The notes under the pieces were generated by a model. That model was not told the DNA's origin, searched no databases, and saw nothing but the letters and a program-made list of their open reading frames with translations. Made by a program: the position numbers and the translations under genes. From NCBI GenBank assembly GCA_043739785.1, contig JAYUDN010000024.1, forward strand, positions 3,535-67,534: 64,000 nucleotides of DNA. The letters run 5' to 3'. Position 1 is the first letter of the stretch; every line of letters starts with the position of its first letter. This DNA is from Candidatus Altimarinota bacterium. Lineage in GTDB: Bacteria; Patescibacteriota; Gracilibacteria; BD1-5; UBA2023. This document shows, piece after piece, positions 1 to 10,669 of this stretch.

Positions 1-261
1 TTCTGTCATAGATAGTAATAAATATAAAGTGAGTATATGTATATTTCTCAAAAACTCAAAGAAAAACATAAACTGTTTGTGAGAAAAATCTCTCCTTTTC
101 GAGGCAAATCATTCCTAGACTCGTCTTGTAATCTCCTTGAGAAAGTATTTCTTTCACCTCTTCAAGCCTTTTTGTAAAGTCCTATAAAAATATAATTTCA
201 AAAGTTGCAATTCTCACCTTTTTCCCTAGACTCATTTTCAGTACTCTCTTATTTTTCCCCT

Positions 262-1380
262 ATGCGATTCCGCATTGATACCGAACTCTTCCGAAAGGCT
301 ATCGAAATCACGAGCCATGCGACAACCGCTTCCAACCTCACCCCCATACTCGAAAATATCCTCATTGAAGCACAGTATAAAAAACTTATCGTCACTGGGA
401 ATAACCTCGAAATGGCGATCGAATATATCATCGAAGAAAAGATTGATGTCGAAGTAGAAGGAAAATTTACCATCTCATCCAAGTTCCTTACTTCCTATAT
501 AGCGCTGATCAGCGACAGTGAGATTTCGGTCGAACTCGACTCGAATGGAAGCTTTATATTCAAGACGAAGTCGAGTGAGACGAAGTTCAAAGGGGTTGGA
601 GCTGATAAATTCCCGGTTATCCCCGCACTTCATACGACGGATCCTCTCGCTATCGAAGGACGAGACCTGAGACAGGCTATTGATAAAACTATTTTCTCTA
701 CTGCAGAAGGGAATATCCGACCGATGCTGGCGGGGATTTACTTGCGTTCTCTTGACGGAGTCCTGATTTTTGCTTCGACCGATAGCTTTCGTCTTTCTGA
801 GTTCCGCATACGGGTGACTTCTGTCAATATCGTGACCTCGATCATCATCCCGACCAAGACGGCTCTGGAACTTTCTCGGATTATTACGGATGATGCCAAG
901 GACGTCAAACTCTTTATCCACGAGAACCAACTTCTCGTTACCTCAGGCAATATCCGACTCTCTTCTCGACTCCTTTCGGGGAAGTTTCCTGAATACGAGA
1001 CTTTTTTCCCGACGGAATACAAGACGAAATCCGTCCTCCTTCGCAATGAACTCATCAATGCTCTGAAGCAGTCCAATCTTGTCGCTCGAGAAAATAATTA
1101 CAATACTCGCATGAGATCACTTCTCGAGGGTTCAGTCGAAATCAGTACTGGAGATACGGAAGTCGGAAAGAGTAATGTTACTCTCTCAGCTTCAGTTGAA
1201 GGCGTTGCTGACATCGTCGGACTCAATGCTCAATACCTCCTCCAGGCTCTTGGCGTGATGAAAGAGGACTACATCAGTATGGAGTATAAGTCAGCACTTT
1301 CACCCATCGTTCTCAAGTGAGTCCCTGCAGAAAGTGGAAAATATGGGTATCGACACCTGATTATGCCACTGAAGATTTAA
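262..1380 (+). CDS. dnaN: DNA polymerase III beta subunit (sliding clamp)
   Basis: Track ORF 205..1320 is clamp-like, with ATG at 262 (MRFRIDTELF). It reads through in-frame TGA 1318-1320 to TAA 1378-1380, which adds the expected C-terminal tail ..GYRHLIMPLKI. Confidence 0.9.
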
Positions 1381-1418
1381 TGGAGAGATACTAGTAGCCA
1401 GTAAGAAAATAGTGTATC

Positions 1419-1816
1419 CGTCATTCTGAGCTTGCGAAGAATCCAGATTTCTATTATATTATGAATAAACATGGTTATGTTTACATTCTAGCCAATAAAA
1501 GAAATGGTACTCTGTATATCGGTGTTACCTCTGATATACATTCATGAATATTTCAACATAAAAATGATTTAATTGAAGGATTCTCCAAAAGATATCAAAC
1601 GCATATTCTGGTGTATGTAGAAACTCTTTCATTTATCACTGATGCAATAATGAGGGAAAAAAGTTTAAAGTGAATTACAAGGAATCGAAAAATTGAACTT
1701 ATTGAATCCATTAATCCTCATTGGAATGATCTCTCTGAAAAGTTATAAAACTGGATTCTTCGTACCCCAAGGGTACTTCCAATGCTTCGCAAAGGGGCGT
1801 CCTCAGAATGACGAAG
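1419..1816 (+). mobile_element. GIY-YIG cassette bracketed by inverted GTCATTC..GAATC-type repeats
   Basis: Left arm CGTCATTCTGAGCTTGCGAAGAATCCAG (1419-1446) and right arm CTGGATTCTTCG..CCTCAGAATGACGAAG (1751-1816) are reverse complements. The right arm carries an extra GTACCC/GGGTAC hairpin. The arms enclose a small nuclease ORF between dnaN and pheS. Confidence 0.5.
1461..1748 (+). CDS. GIY-YIG nuclease family protein (95 aa, two in-frame TGA)
   Basis: ATG 1461 to TAA 1746-1748. MNKHGYVYILANKRNGTLYIGVTSDIHS-G-IFQHKN matches the GIY..YIG signature. The gene is absent from the standard-code track because of TGA at 1545 and a second TGA. Confidence 0.7.
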
Positions 1817-1855
1817 TCAGAAGCTCTTACTTATTACTGTACTAACTGTTGCTCT

Positions 1856-2875
1856 ATGCTTACTCAACTCAAAACTCTCGAATCATCTGCCCTGCATACC
1901 ATCCCGCTTCTCGAAACCGAAGGGGCGCTGATCGAATATAAAAACTCACTACTCGGGAAGGCCGGGGAGTTGACCAACATCCTCAAATGACTTAAGGACC
2001 TCTCGATCGAAGAGAAACAAAGTCTCGGTAAAGCTTCGAATGAACTCCGGGATACTCTTACCCAAGCGTTCGAAGTCCAAAAAACAGTGATTGCTCGGAA
2101 AACTATCGAAGCACAGATAGCGAATGAATGGGAAGATACTACCGTTCCGGCTTGAGGGGAAGCACCCCACCTCCACCCGATTACTCGGGCTCGTATGGAT
2201 GTCGAAGATACATTTCGTCGGATGGGATTTGATATCTATGAATCCGATGAAGTGACGACTGAGTATCTCAATTTTGATGCCGTCAATGTCGCAAAAAATC
2301 ATCCAGCTCGAGATATGCAGGATACTTTCTGGCTCGAAGGGAAGGGAAATGTCCTCGCAACCCAGACTTCCTGTATGCAGAACCTGATTATGCGTAACAA
2401 TACCCCACCGATTCGAGCGATTATCCCAGGACGAGTGTTTCGAAACGAAGATGTTGACGCCACACATGAGAATACATTCTACCAAGTGGAAGGTATTGTC
2501 GTGGATAAAGATATCAGCATCTGACATTTGAAATTTACGATCAAGACGATGCTTTCTGATCTCTTTGGTCGGGAGGTTTCGATTCGTATGCGTCCATGAT
2601 ACTTTCCCTTCGTCGAGCCCGGAGTAGAGGTAGACTTCAGCTGTCCTTTTTGTTATGGGAATGGGTGTAAGATCTGTAAAAAATCGGGATGGATAGAGTT
2701 TATGGGCGCAGGCCTTATCCATCCCAATGTGATCCGTGAAGCCGGACTTGACCCGACTGTATATAGTGGATTTGCCTTTGGATTCGGGCTCAATCGCCTC
2801 GTCATGATCCGCTATGGAATACCAGATATGCGCTACTTCCAGAATCCAGATGTACGATTCCTCTGACAATTCTAG
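1856..2875 (+). CDS. pheS: Phenylalanine--tRNA ligase alpha subunit
   Basis: Frame-2 pieces 1808..1990, 2195..2524 and further pieces join across five TGA codons. The product contains ..[19 protein letters not shown].., ..[12 protein letters not shown].. and ends DVRFLGQF then TAG 2873-2875, like E. coli ..DLRFLKQF. ATG 1856 was chosen because 1808-1816 lies inside the repeat arm. Confidence 0.9.
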
Positions 2876-2990
2876 ATTGATTATGTGTTCTAACTTCTAT
2901 GGTAGTTTTTTTGATTTTCTACATTTCTACCAATCTAAGAAACCAATAATCTAATAAACCAACAACCAATCTACCATTCCGGTTTTATAT

Positions 2991-3019
2991 TTGCGCATTT
3001 GTCGATTATAGGGTATAAT
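2991..3019 (+). promoter_or_regulatory. Putative sigma70-type promoter TTGCGC-17-TATAAT
   Basis: TTGCGC at 2991-2996, a 17-nt spacer, then TATAAT at 3014-3019. This lies 20 nt upstream of ATG 3040. Confidence 0.4.
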
Positions 3020-3039
3020 GACACCAATAATTTACGAAT

Positions 3040-3858
3040 ATGTCACACTTAACCTTTCGGGAATACGTCGAATCTCAGTGAAGAACACTGAGTGCTCCTG
3101 CCTTCCTCTGAGGGCAACAGAAAGCAGAAGACTATGATACGCTCAAGCTCAAGTACCTCCAAACGGGAGGGAATTCCGATCTCCTCGCTTTATCAACCGA
3201 TATTGAGATAAATGTTGCGTTATCAACCCTATGGAGTGAGAAAATAGCGAATATTAAACCTAAATTGTTCAAATCAGAGTACTGACTCTTTGAGGAATTT
3301 CTCAAGCACTTGGCCCTCAATGTGGGCGACCTCTTCAAGGCAGATAAACTCGCGAAACTTCTCGGATCCTCAAGACGAAAGGTCTATAAATATATGGAAA
3401 TCCTTGAAGCCGAATGAATGGTGCTTAGGCTTCATCCATTTTATGAAAACACCGAGACCGAACTCTCTCGTCATGAAAAAGTGTACTTTAGCGATCTCTC
3501 TATTCTCCATGCGATCCTCGGACCGATCTACTACTTCGGAGATACCAAGAAGGGGATTCTTGAGAACTTCGTCTTTCTCGAACTTCGTCACAAGCTCGAT
3601 GCGAGTCATGAGATATTTTTCTATCGGAAGAAATCGCAAGCAGAACTGAGTTTTATCCTCAAGAATCATGAGCACAACCTCCTGACGCCCGTCGATGTGG
3701 TCGTCCGCTCTACTGATGCGGTTTCTCAAGCGGTCAAAACCTTCGATGCAACTTACCATGATCGAGTCGAGCACTATATGATCCTCGATGAGCATACCGC
3801 TGCCCAGAAAACCTACCATGAAACGGCAGTATTCTTCTTACCACATATTGCGATATAA
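3040..3858 (+). CDS. DUF4143-domain protein, the C-terminal two thirds of an AAA+ ATPase with no Walker A region
   Basis: ATG 3040 joins track ORF 3418..3858 in frame across four TGA codons. LTFREY.., ..KVYKYMEILEAEGMVLRLHPF.. and ..KVYFSDLSILH..ENFVFLEL resemble the DUF4143 part of AAA_14/DUF4143 ATPases. No P-loop coding sequence lies upstream. Confidence 0.6.
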
Positions 3859-3891
3859 TATAACTATGGAGTCATTTAAAAAATAAGTGGA

Positions 3892-4566
3892 TTATCAAAT
3901 CGAGGCTAAACCTAAAAATCCAAAAAATAGAAACCATAATATCATCAAAAAGAAGTATATTTTGAAAATAGTTATAAGTATTTTATTCCTTCTTCAGATT
4001 GCTAAATTATCAGAAATATTTTCAGGATTTGACTTGTATTTTTTGCTTGCATACTTAAACATTAAATACCCAAAAATTCCTATCAAAATATAGATTTGAG
4101 GTCAAAAAAGAAGGATAATTAATGTAAAGAACAATGTGCCTTCGTAAAAATAATAATAACCGCTTTTGATCATAAGTGTGATAAGCGCAACAATATTACT
4201 CGAAATTAGAGCGTATACTACCGTAATCTTATATCACAAGAGAGAGTGGTATAGTCATGGACGATACTTCTGCAGGGTTTTTAACAAGTAATAGAATGAT
4301 GTCATGAAGCTAATTACAGTAATATAACTAAGTATCATAATAAAAGTGATTCTTCATCCTAATTCTATTACCAGAGTCATCGTAATACATAATACAAAAT
4401 AAAATATAACATGAGAATAGAATATTTGTATAAGATCATTAAAAACTATTCCCCTCCCCATACGATGAAGCTTCAAGAAAAACGTCCAAACGTATATGAG
4501 AAATCAGATAATAAATAAGAGAAGGATGAATATAGGTATGAAAAAAATAATATCAAGTTGGTTCAT
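3892..4566 (-). CDS. Hypothetical polytopic membrane protein (224 aa)
   Basis: I checked this frame codon by codon. It has no TAA or TAG across 225 codons in a very AT-rich stretch and contains seven TGA codons. The product is hydrophobic (MNQLDIIFFIPIFILLLFIIGFLIYVW..). It is not in the track. Confidence 0.6.
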
Positions 4567-4637
4567 AAAACAGAGGCTAAGGATTAAAATGGTAGGATTA
4601 TTTTATCAATGTTGTCAGGGGATTAGAATAGAAAATA

Positions 4638-5369
4638 CTATCCACGAACTGGCATACTCATTAATGCTCAAATGACTAAAGAAAATAAAAAACCAAATAT
4701 AATAAGGCAATCTAAAAAAACTAACCATTTATTTCATCTGGAAAGTTTTTGTACAGCAGTGTATATTAACTTATTTTTATTATACTGTATCCTTCAGTAG
4801 ATGAAATTTAAAATCATAACTCCAAGAATGATAAAATTAATTCGCAGTAGTAAGAAACTTCAATTGAACCCCCATAATCCTCATTCACTAGCGAAAAAAA
4901 TAGAATGAAATTCTTGAACTCAAGAGCTATTATTTATGATGTAAGAAATCAAGATGCTAATTGATGAGCATATCATAATAATACTAGAAAGTATCATACA
5001 TTTCATACCATTAATAGATCACGAAGGATAGATAATATCTATTTTTAGAGTTTTTATGAGGTTAAAGAATAAGAAAATATATGTGGTAATTACACAAATG
5101 AATATGAACAAATAATAAACGCTACCCATGAATCATGTACCTATTCAATTTTGCATGGGTAGAAAATTTATAAACACATGCAGATGACATATATAAACTG
5201 GTATAAAAAGTAAACATAATGTATACAATATCTGTATAAAATCTTGTCTTGAGTATACTATCCTCAGTATCTGTATATCATAAAATATCCATCCTAAATA
5301 CATTGTAATAATGATCAAGGGAATGTATATGTGGATCCTATATTCAAATATAAAAAATAATATTCACAT
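4638..5369 (-). CDS. Hypothetical polytopic membrane protein (243 aa)
   Basis: I checked this frame codon by codon. It is open for 244 codons with TAG at 4638-4640 and many TGA codons. The product is hydrophobic (MGILFFIFEYRIHIYIPLIIITMYLGW..). It lies directly upstream of the 3892..4566 gene on the same strand. Confidence 0.6.
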
Positions 5370-5468
5370 TTTTTTAAGGTAAAGGTAGGGGAATAATATC
5401 GCTTTTCATAGGATTGTCCATATTATTTTTTGAGTAAAATTGGGTATTTATTTTCCCTCAAGAAAAAC

Positions 5469-5496
5469 TTGCAAAATGAGGCCATATTTATATACT
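5469..5496 (+). promoter_or_regulatory. Putative promoter TTGCAA-16-TATACT upstream of atpB
   Basis: TTGCAA at 5469-5474 and TATACT at 5491-5496. The atpB ATG is at 5517. Confidence 0.35.
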
Positions 5497-5516
5497 CACC
5501 CGCGATTTACTATACT

Positions 5517-6362
5517 ATGTCAGCAGAACTCACCGTCACATCCGTAGCCGAACACGCCGGTCCACATATCGCTCCACCAAAGGGGGTACCGATTCTTGAT
5601 TGGTCAGTCGGGGGGATTCATATTACCAATACGGTATTTTCGACATGGCTATTTATGGGGGTTCTTGCTCTGATTATCACTCTTTTTTATATGGCGATTA
5701 CGACGGACAAGATGCCTCGTATGCGAGCCTTTGGGGTCGATGTCGTTCGCCGAATACTTGCCTATAGTATCAGCCTCATCGGAGATGAAAAAATCGCTAA
5801 ACGATACTTCTGGCTCCTCGGAGGTCTTATGGTGGTGATATTCGTCGGGAATCTCTTTGGACTTATCCTCGATTGGTTCGTGCTCGTTTCGAAAGATGAG
5901 TGGCTTGGAGCCTATCTGAGGCCTATCTATTCTGATCTTTCTACGACCCTTGTCTTCTCATTGACGGTTATCCTCGTCGCTCAGATTACCGCTATCTGGA
6001 TGAAGGGACCAATACAACACTTCAAGCACTATCTGTTCAATTTTCACGGAGATACTATCGCTGAGAAATACGTCAGCGTGTTCATCGGTTGGCTGCACTT
6101 TGCTGGAGAGTTTATCCGTATCGGTTCACTCTCGATGCGTCTGTTTCTCAATATTTTCGTCGGAGCTATCCTCATCGCGGTCGTCGTCTACGTCGGGGAG
6201 ATGATCCTCCCACAGTATACCGGAGGACTTTTTCGAATCATGGCGGTTCCGTTCTGGTTCTTCGAGCTCTTGGTCGCCTTCCTCCAGGGGTACATCTTCA
6301 TGACGCTTTCGTCTCTCTACATAAGAGAGTCACTCCCTGAAAAAGAAGCCCACCACCACTAG
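5517..6362 (+). CDS. atpB: F0F1 ATP synthase subunit a
   Basis: Track ORF 5430..6362 is an a-subunit-like polytopic protein containing ..GSLSMRLFLNIFVG... An internal ATG at 5517 (MSAELTV) was preferred. Stop is TAG 6360-6362. Confidence 0.85.
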   Translation: MSAELTVTSVAEHAGPHIAPPKGVPILDWSVGGIHITNTVFSTWLFMGVLALIITLFYMAITTDKMPRMRAFGVDVVRRILAYSISLIGDEKIAKRYFWLLGGLMVVIFVGNLFGLILDWFVLVSKDEWLGAYLRPIYSDLSTTLVFSLTVILVAQITAIWMKGPIQHFKHYLFNFHGDTIAEKYVSVFIGWLHFAGEFIRIGSLSMRLFLNIFVGAILIAVVVYVGEMILPQYTGGLFRIMAVPFWFFELLVAFLQGYIFMTLSSLYIRESLPEKEAHHH

Positions 6363-6470
6363 ACGCTAGGGAGAAGGGAATAACCTTTCTCCCTGATGTT
6401 TATGAGTTACTCGGATACTACCTCTCCGTACCCTCAATCACAGGATTCTATTTTTTCATTTTTTTATTGT

Positions 6471-6671
6471 ATGGAATATCTTCCTTTTGCTCTCATCGGT
6501 GTTATCGGTTCTGGAGTTGGTATCGGACTTATCGGTATGGGTGCGATGCAGGCTATCGGTCGCAATCCTTCCGCTTCTGGAGATATCAATGCGAAAATGC
6601 TTACCGCTATCGCCCTCTGTGAAGTTCCTGGTCTTCTTGCCTTCGCAGCCCTTTTCCTTATTACTAAGTAA
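6471..6671 (+). CDS. atpE: F0F1 ATP synthase subunit c
   Basis: MEYLPFALIGVIGSGVGIGLIGMGAMQAIGRNP..AIALCEVPGLLAF has the glycine-rich helix 1 and the carboxylate (E) in helix 2. ATG 6471 lies within track ORF 6396..6671. Confidence 0.85.
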   Translation: MEYLPFALIGVIGSGVGIGLIGMGAMQAIGRNPSASGDINAKMLTAIALCEVPGLLAFAALFLITK

Positions 6672-6756
6672 TTTTCACATAGAATACAGAAACAAGGAGA
6701 GATATGAAAAATCAATATCTCTTCAGATGTGCTGTGTATCGTAACTCATTTTCCCT

Positions 6757-7233
6757 ATGGATACCCTTATAGACTATGGATCACTCATTATTCAGGCGAT
6801 AAATTTCGGAATCGTAGCATTCGTGCTCCGTAAGTTTTTCTTCGTACCCTACCTGAAGTTTCTCGATGAAGAGGTCGAAAAACATATCTCCCTCGAAAAG
6901 AAACTCGCTGATTCTGATAACCTCGTTCATGCCGCGCAATCGGATGCGCTCGATATTATCGAAAAAGCAAAGGTTGATGCAAAAATGATGGCCTCAGAAA
7001 TCGTGGATAATGCCCACCGTGAATGAGGTGAGATCGTAGCACACGCTCACAGGGATGCCGACGCTGCAAGGTCAAAGGGGTTTTCTGATATCGCGCTCGA
7101 GCGCAAAGAACTCTATGCAGAAATCAAAACTCGTGTGATGGATGTGGCATTGAAGCTCAATGCCAAGCTCTTCACCGATCCAAAAGCTCATAAAGAATTT
7201 ATCGAAAAAAATACCGCTTCCATAGAATTGTAA
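6757..7233 (+). CDS. atpF: F0F1 ATP synthase subunit b
   Basis: Track ORF 6757..7026 reads through TGA 7024-7026 to TAA 7231-7233. It has an N-terminal TM helix, then a long charged helix typical of subunit b. Confidence 0.8.
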
Positions 7234-7286
7234 GCATTGATATAGAATAGTAGACCTCAGAAACACTTTCAAAAAGCACTCTTCCT

Positions 7287-7634
7287 ATGACCTTCGCGCT
7301 CGCCACTCTCTCACGAGAGGAAATAACATTCTCACTTAAACTCCTCAAGGAGTACCGAAATGCCCTCAAGCAGATCGGAAATAGAGCTTCCCTAGCAGAT
7401 ATTGCCTTTCCGAAGGTCCATATTCGCGTGGAGTATGCTCCGCATGCGGGGATGGATCATGCGAAAAAAATGGTCGAATCTCTTTTTGAACGTTTTTTCC
7501 GAGATATTCCATATAGCGCTTCTACCACCGAGTTTACTGAAAATCCCGCCCTTTCTGGAGGGATTCGACTCTTTGCCGGAGATGAGATGATGGATATCTC
7601 CTTCGACCGCTTCATTCCTATACTGAAACAATAA
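7287..7634 (+). CDS. atpH: F0F1 ATP synthase subunit delta, unusually short (115 aa)
   Basis: The position between atpF and atpA fits delta, as does the C-terminal ..[29 protein letters not shown]. An upstream in-frame TAG at 7251 rules out a longer N terminus. Confidence 0.7.
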   Translation: MTFALATLSREEITFSLKLLKEYRNALKQIGNRASLADIAFPKVHIRVEYAPHAGMDHAKKMVESLFERFFRDIPYSASTTEFTENPALSGGIRLFAGDEMMDISFDRFIPILKQ

Positions 7635-7654
7635 TTCGCTCCGAACACTTCATA

Positions 7655-7689
7655 AACCTTTCACCTTCACCCTTTAACTTTCAACCCCC
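7655..7689. repeat. Pyrimidine-rich heptad tandem repeat abutting the atpA start
   Basis: aaCCTTTCA CCTTCAC CCTTTAA CTTTCAA CCCCC, followed by gcatATG at 7694. Confidence 0.6.
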
Positions 7690-7693
7690 GCAT

Positions 7694-9214
7694 ATGTCTT
7701 CTTCTACTCAGATCGTCGATGGTCTCATCAAACAACTCGAATCACAGATTGACTCGGTCGATATTTCTCCTGAACGAGTAAACTCCGGTACCGTTGTTTA
7801 CCTCGGAGATGGTATCGCGAAGGTCGTCGGCCTTCGGGACGTCGCCTACAACGAAGTCGTCGAATTCGAATCTGGAGCTCGGGGAGTTGCGATGAACCTC
7901 GAAGAGCACTATGTCGGAATCGTCATCCTCTCTGGATTTGCGACGATTCGAGAAGGGATGATCGCGAAGGCTACCAAGAAAATCCTCGAAATCCCGGTCG
8001 GTGAAGCCCTTCTCGGACGCGTGGTCGATGCCCTTGGAAATCCTATCGATGGACTTGGACCGATCAAGACGACTGAGCATTATCCAGCTGAGCGTGTGGC
8101 CTCAGGAGTGATGACTCGTAAGAGCGTCCACGAACCGATGGCAACCGGTATCAAGGCTATCGATGCACTCGTACCTATCGGACGAGGTCAGAGAGAGCTT
8201 ATCATCGGAGACCGTCAGACGGGGAAGACTCAGATCGCGATCGATACCATCCTCAATCAGAAAGGAAATGGGGTAAAGTGTATCTATGTGGCAATCGGAC
8301 AAAAGGATTCCAAGGTCGTCGCTATTGCGGAAGAACTCAAAAAGGCGGGAGCACTGGATTATACGATCATCGTCAATGCGGGAGCATCATCACCGGCAGC
8401 GATGCAGTGGCTTGCTCCGTATGCAGGATGTGCGATGGGAGAATACTTCATGTACAAGGGAGAACACGCCCTCATTATTTACGATGATCTCTCGAAACAC
8501 GCGAACGCGTATCGAGAAATGTCACTCCTTCTTCGTCGTCCACCAGGTCGTGAGGCCTATCCAGGTGATGTCTTCTACCTCCACTCTCGACTCCTCGAAC
8601 GTGCAGCGAAGCTCAATGATGCTCTTGGTGCAGGATCACTCACCGCTCTCCCGATTATCGAAACTCAAGGAGGTGATGTTTCAGCCTATATTCCGACCAA
8701 TGTGATTTCTATTACCGATGGTCAGATATTTCTTGAATCTGGACTCTTCAATGCCGGTATCAAGCCCGCAATCAATATCGGACTCTCTGTTTCTCGAGTC
8801 GGAGGATCCGCTCAGACGAAAGCGATGAAAAAAAATGCCGGAACCCTGAAACTGTCTCTCGCTCAGTATCGAGAACTTGAGGCCTTTGCTCAGTTTGCTT
8901 CTGATCTTGATGCGGATACGAAGAAACAGCTCGAACGTGGAAAGCGCATGGTCGAGATCCTCAAACAGGATATCTACTCTCCAGTTGCTTTCGAAAAACA
9001 GGTTGCTCTTATCTTCGCTGGATCCAATGGATACCTCGATGGGATCGATGTCAAAGACATTCACCAGTTCGAATCTATCCTCTTTGCTGGACTCGATCGA
9101 GAAGCAAAAATCCTCACTTCCATACGGGAAACAAAAGACTTTGGTGATGAAACGAAGGCCAACCTCAAAACCTTCCTCGATGAAACTGTGCAGGTGTTTG
9201 TTAAACACAGGTAA
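7694..9214 (+). CDS. atpA: F0F1 ATP synthase subunit alpha
   Basis: An intact 506-aa ORF with the Walker A motif GDRQTGKT and alpha-subunit signature sequences. It has no in-frame TGA. Confidence 0.95.
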   Translation: MSSSTQIVDGLIKQLESQIDSVDISPERVNSGTVVYLGDGIAKVVGLRDVAYNEVVEFESGARGVAMNLEEHYVGIVILSGFATIREGMIAKATKKILEIPVGEALLGRVVDALGNPIDGLGPIKTTEHYPAERVASGVMTRKSVHEPMATGIKAIDALVPIGRGQRELIIGDRQTGKTQIAIDTILNQKGNGVKCIYVAIGQKDSKVVAIAEELKKAGALDYTIIVNAGASSPAAMQWLAPYAGCAMGEYFMYKGEHALIIYDDLSKHANAYREMSLLLRRPPGREAYPGDVFYLHSRLLERAAKLNDALGAGSLTALPIIETQGGDVSAYIPTNVISITDGQIFLESGLFNAGIKPAINIGLSVSRVGGSAQTKAMKKNAGTLKLSLAQYRELEAFAQFASDLDADTKKQLERGKRMVEILKQDIYSPVAFEKQVALIFAGSNGYLDGIDVKDIHQFESILFAGLDREAKILTSIRETKDFGDETKANLKTFLDETVQVFVKHR

Positions 9215-9249
9215 TTGAGTACTATCCTATATATCTAGTTTTTTTAATT

Positions 9250-9534
9250 ATGGATAATAAAAGTCTTATTAAATCTCTCCAATTACTTTCTATGTCTATT
9301 GCAAGTACCTATTTGACTTGTTTACTTGTATGGGAATTTCTTCTATGAAAAAATACTTCAGTCATAAATATTCTTAGTTCACCTGTGTTCTTTTTGGCGT
9401 TGATTCTGAGTTTGCTTTCATACATGCTTCAATGATTTGGAAAAGGGGGAGCGCATGCCAATAAAGCCCTTATAGTAGGTTTCCTAGGCTCTTCTGTTTG
9501 GATCGTATCCTTCTTTATTATTCAGTTTAAATAA
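9250..9534 (+). CDS. Small hypothetical membrane protein (94 aa, about 3 TM) inside the atp operon
   Basis: ATG 9250 to TAA 9532-9534 with two in-frame TGA (9346, 9433). I checked it codon by codon. It has three hydrophobic segments and fills the atpA-atpG gap. Confidence 0.45.
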
Positions 9535-9549
9535 TTCATATTCGTTATT

Positions 9550-10458
9550 ATGCCATCTGGTAAAGAAATAAAATCTCGAATCAAATCAGTCAAAAATACA
9601 GGGAAAATCACGAAAGCGATGGAACTTATTTCGACGGTAAAGATGAAAAAAGCACAAGAAAGTGTCGTCGGACTTCGTCCATTTGCTTTGGCGGCTCTGG
9701 AGATTCTCGGACGAGTCGGACACTCCACCGAAACCTTCGGTATATTTTCTCAGACTTTTCCAGAAAGTAAAAAAGAAATCATCATCATGGTTGCAGCCCA
9801 AAAGGGACTCTGTGGAGGATACAATATGAACGTGTTCAAGAAAGCGACCGAGTATATCCGAGATGACAACGATGTTCCATTTACTCGTCACTATGACTAT
9901 GTCGCTATAGGAAAGCGAGCTCGAGACTTTATCCTGCGTACGGGACAGTCTCTTATTGTTGATTTCTCGGATGAGATGAAGGATCCTCTCACTCAAGCAG
10001 AAACCCGAAGAATTGTACGATTCCTGATTAGTGAGTGGAAAACCGAGAAGTATTCGAAGATTTCAGTCGTCTACAATCACTATGTTTCAGCGATCAACCA
10101 AGTCCCGACTATTAAGCCTATTTTTCCTATTGTACGAGAAGATATTGTTGCGTTTCTTGAGAAAGTGACACCGGGTGTAGCACATGATTTCAACTCGACT
10201 GAGTATACGATCGAACCGAGTCACGAAGTAATTCTTGAATCTGTTATCCCGCTTATCCTCGATACGATGCTCCACGAAACCCTTCTCGAAGCAAAAGCGA
10301 GTGAGCACGCGGCTCGAATGGTCGCGATGAAAAATGCGAAAGATAGTGCCAATAAAAAGGCCACTTCCCTGACCCTCGTCTACAACAAAACTCGTCAAGC
10401 TGCTATCACGAAGGAAGTTTCTGAAATCGTGAGTGGAGTCGAGAGTATGAAGGATTAG
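9550..10458 (+). CDS. atpG: F0F1 ATP synthase subunit gamma
   Basis: An intact 302-aa ORF. It starts MPSGKEIKSRIKSVKNTGKITKAMELIS and ends ..RQAAITKEVSEIVSG.., both typical of gamma. Confidence 0.9.
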   Translation: MPSGKEIKSRIKSVKNTGKITKAMELISTVKMKKAQESVVGLRPFALAALEILGRVGHSTETFGIFSQTFPESKKEIIIMVAAQKGLCGGYNMNVFKKATEYIRDDNDVPFTRHYDYVAIGKRARDFILRTGQSLIVDFSDEMKDPLTQAETRRIVRFLISEWKTEKYSKISVVYNHYVSAINQVPTIKPIFPIVREDIVAFLEKVTPGVAHDFNSTEYTIEPSHEVILESVIPLILDTMLHETLLEAKASEHAARMVAMKNAKDSANKKATSLTLVYNKTRQAAITKEVSEIVSGVESMKD

Positions 10459-10639
10459 ATGGTTTATAGATTGATATTTTGAGTGATTATTTCACCTTAC
10501 TGTGAAAATAAGAGAGATTTTATTCTGTCTGCTCCAAAAGCTAGAGTAGGTTTTCATTATCAAGTCTATTTCTTATTTCTGTCATTTTCACGACATTTTC
10601 GTCAGACTCTGAAGAAGGAACGATATAGAGTGAAGAAAA

Positions 10640-10669
10640 CTGGATTCTTTGTGCCTCAGAATGACGAAG
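10640..10669. repeat. Solo copy of the GTCATTC..GAATC-type element
   Basis: CTGGATTCTTTGTGCCTCAGAATGACGAAG closely matches the reverse complement of the left arm of the GIY-YIG cassette (1419-1446). It lies in a 470-nt non-coding gap after atpG. Confidence 0.6.

Noticed and set aside
1-261. oriC or DnaA boxes upstream of dnaN, and a divergent gene start at 7-9
   Set aside because: I saw only one imperfect DnaA-box-like match (TGTGAGAAA near 79-87). The possible divergent ATG leaves just 3 codons in the window. Neither can be supported.
1949-2869. 306-aa minus-strand ORF
   Set aside because: It lies exactly antisense to pheS and has no recognisable family. It is a shadow ORF of a strongly supported gene.
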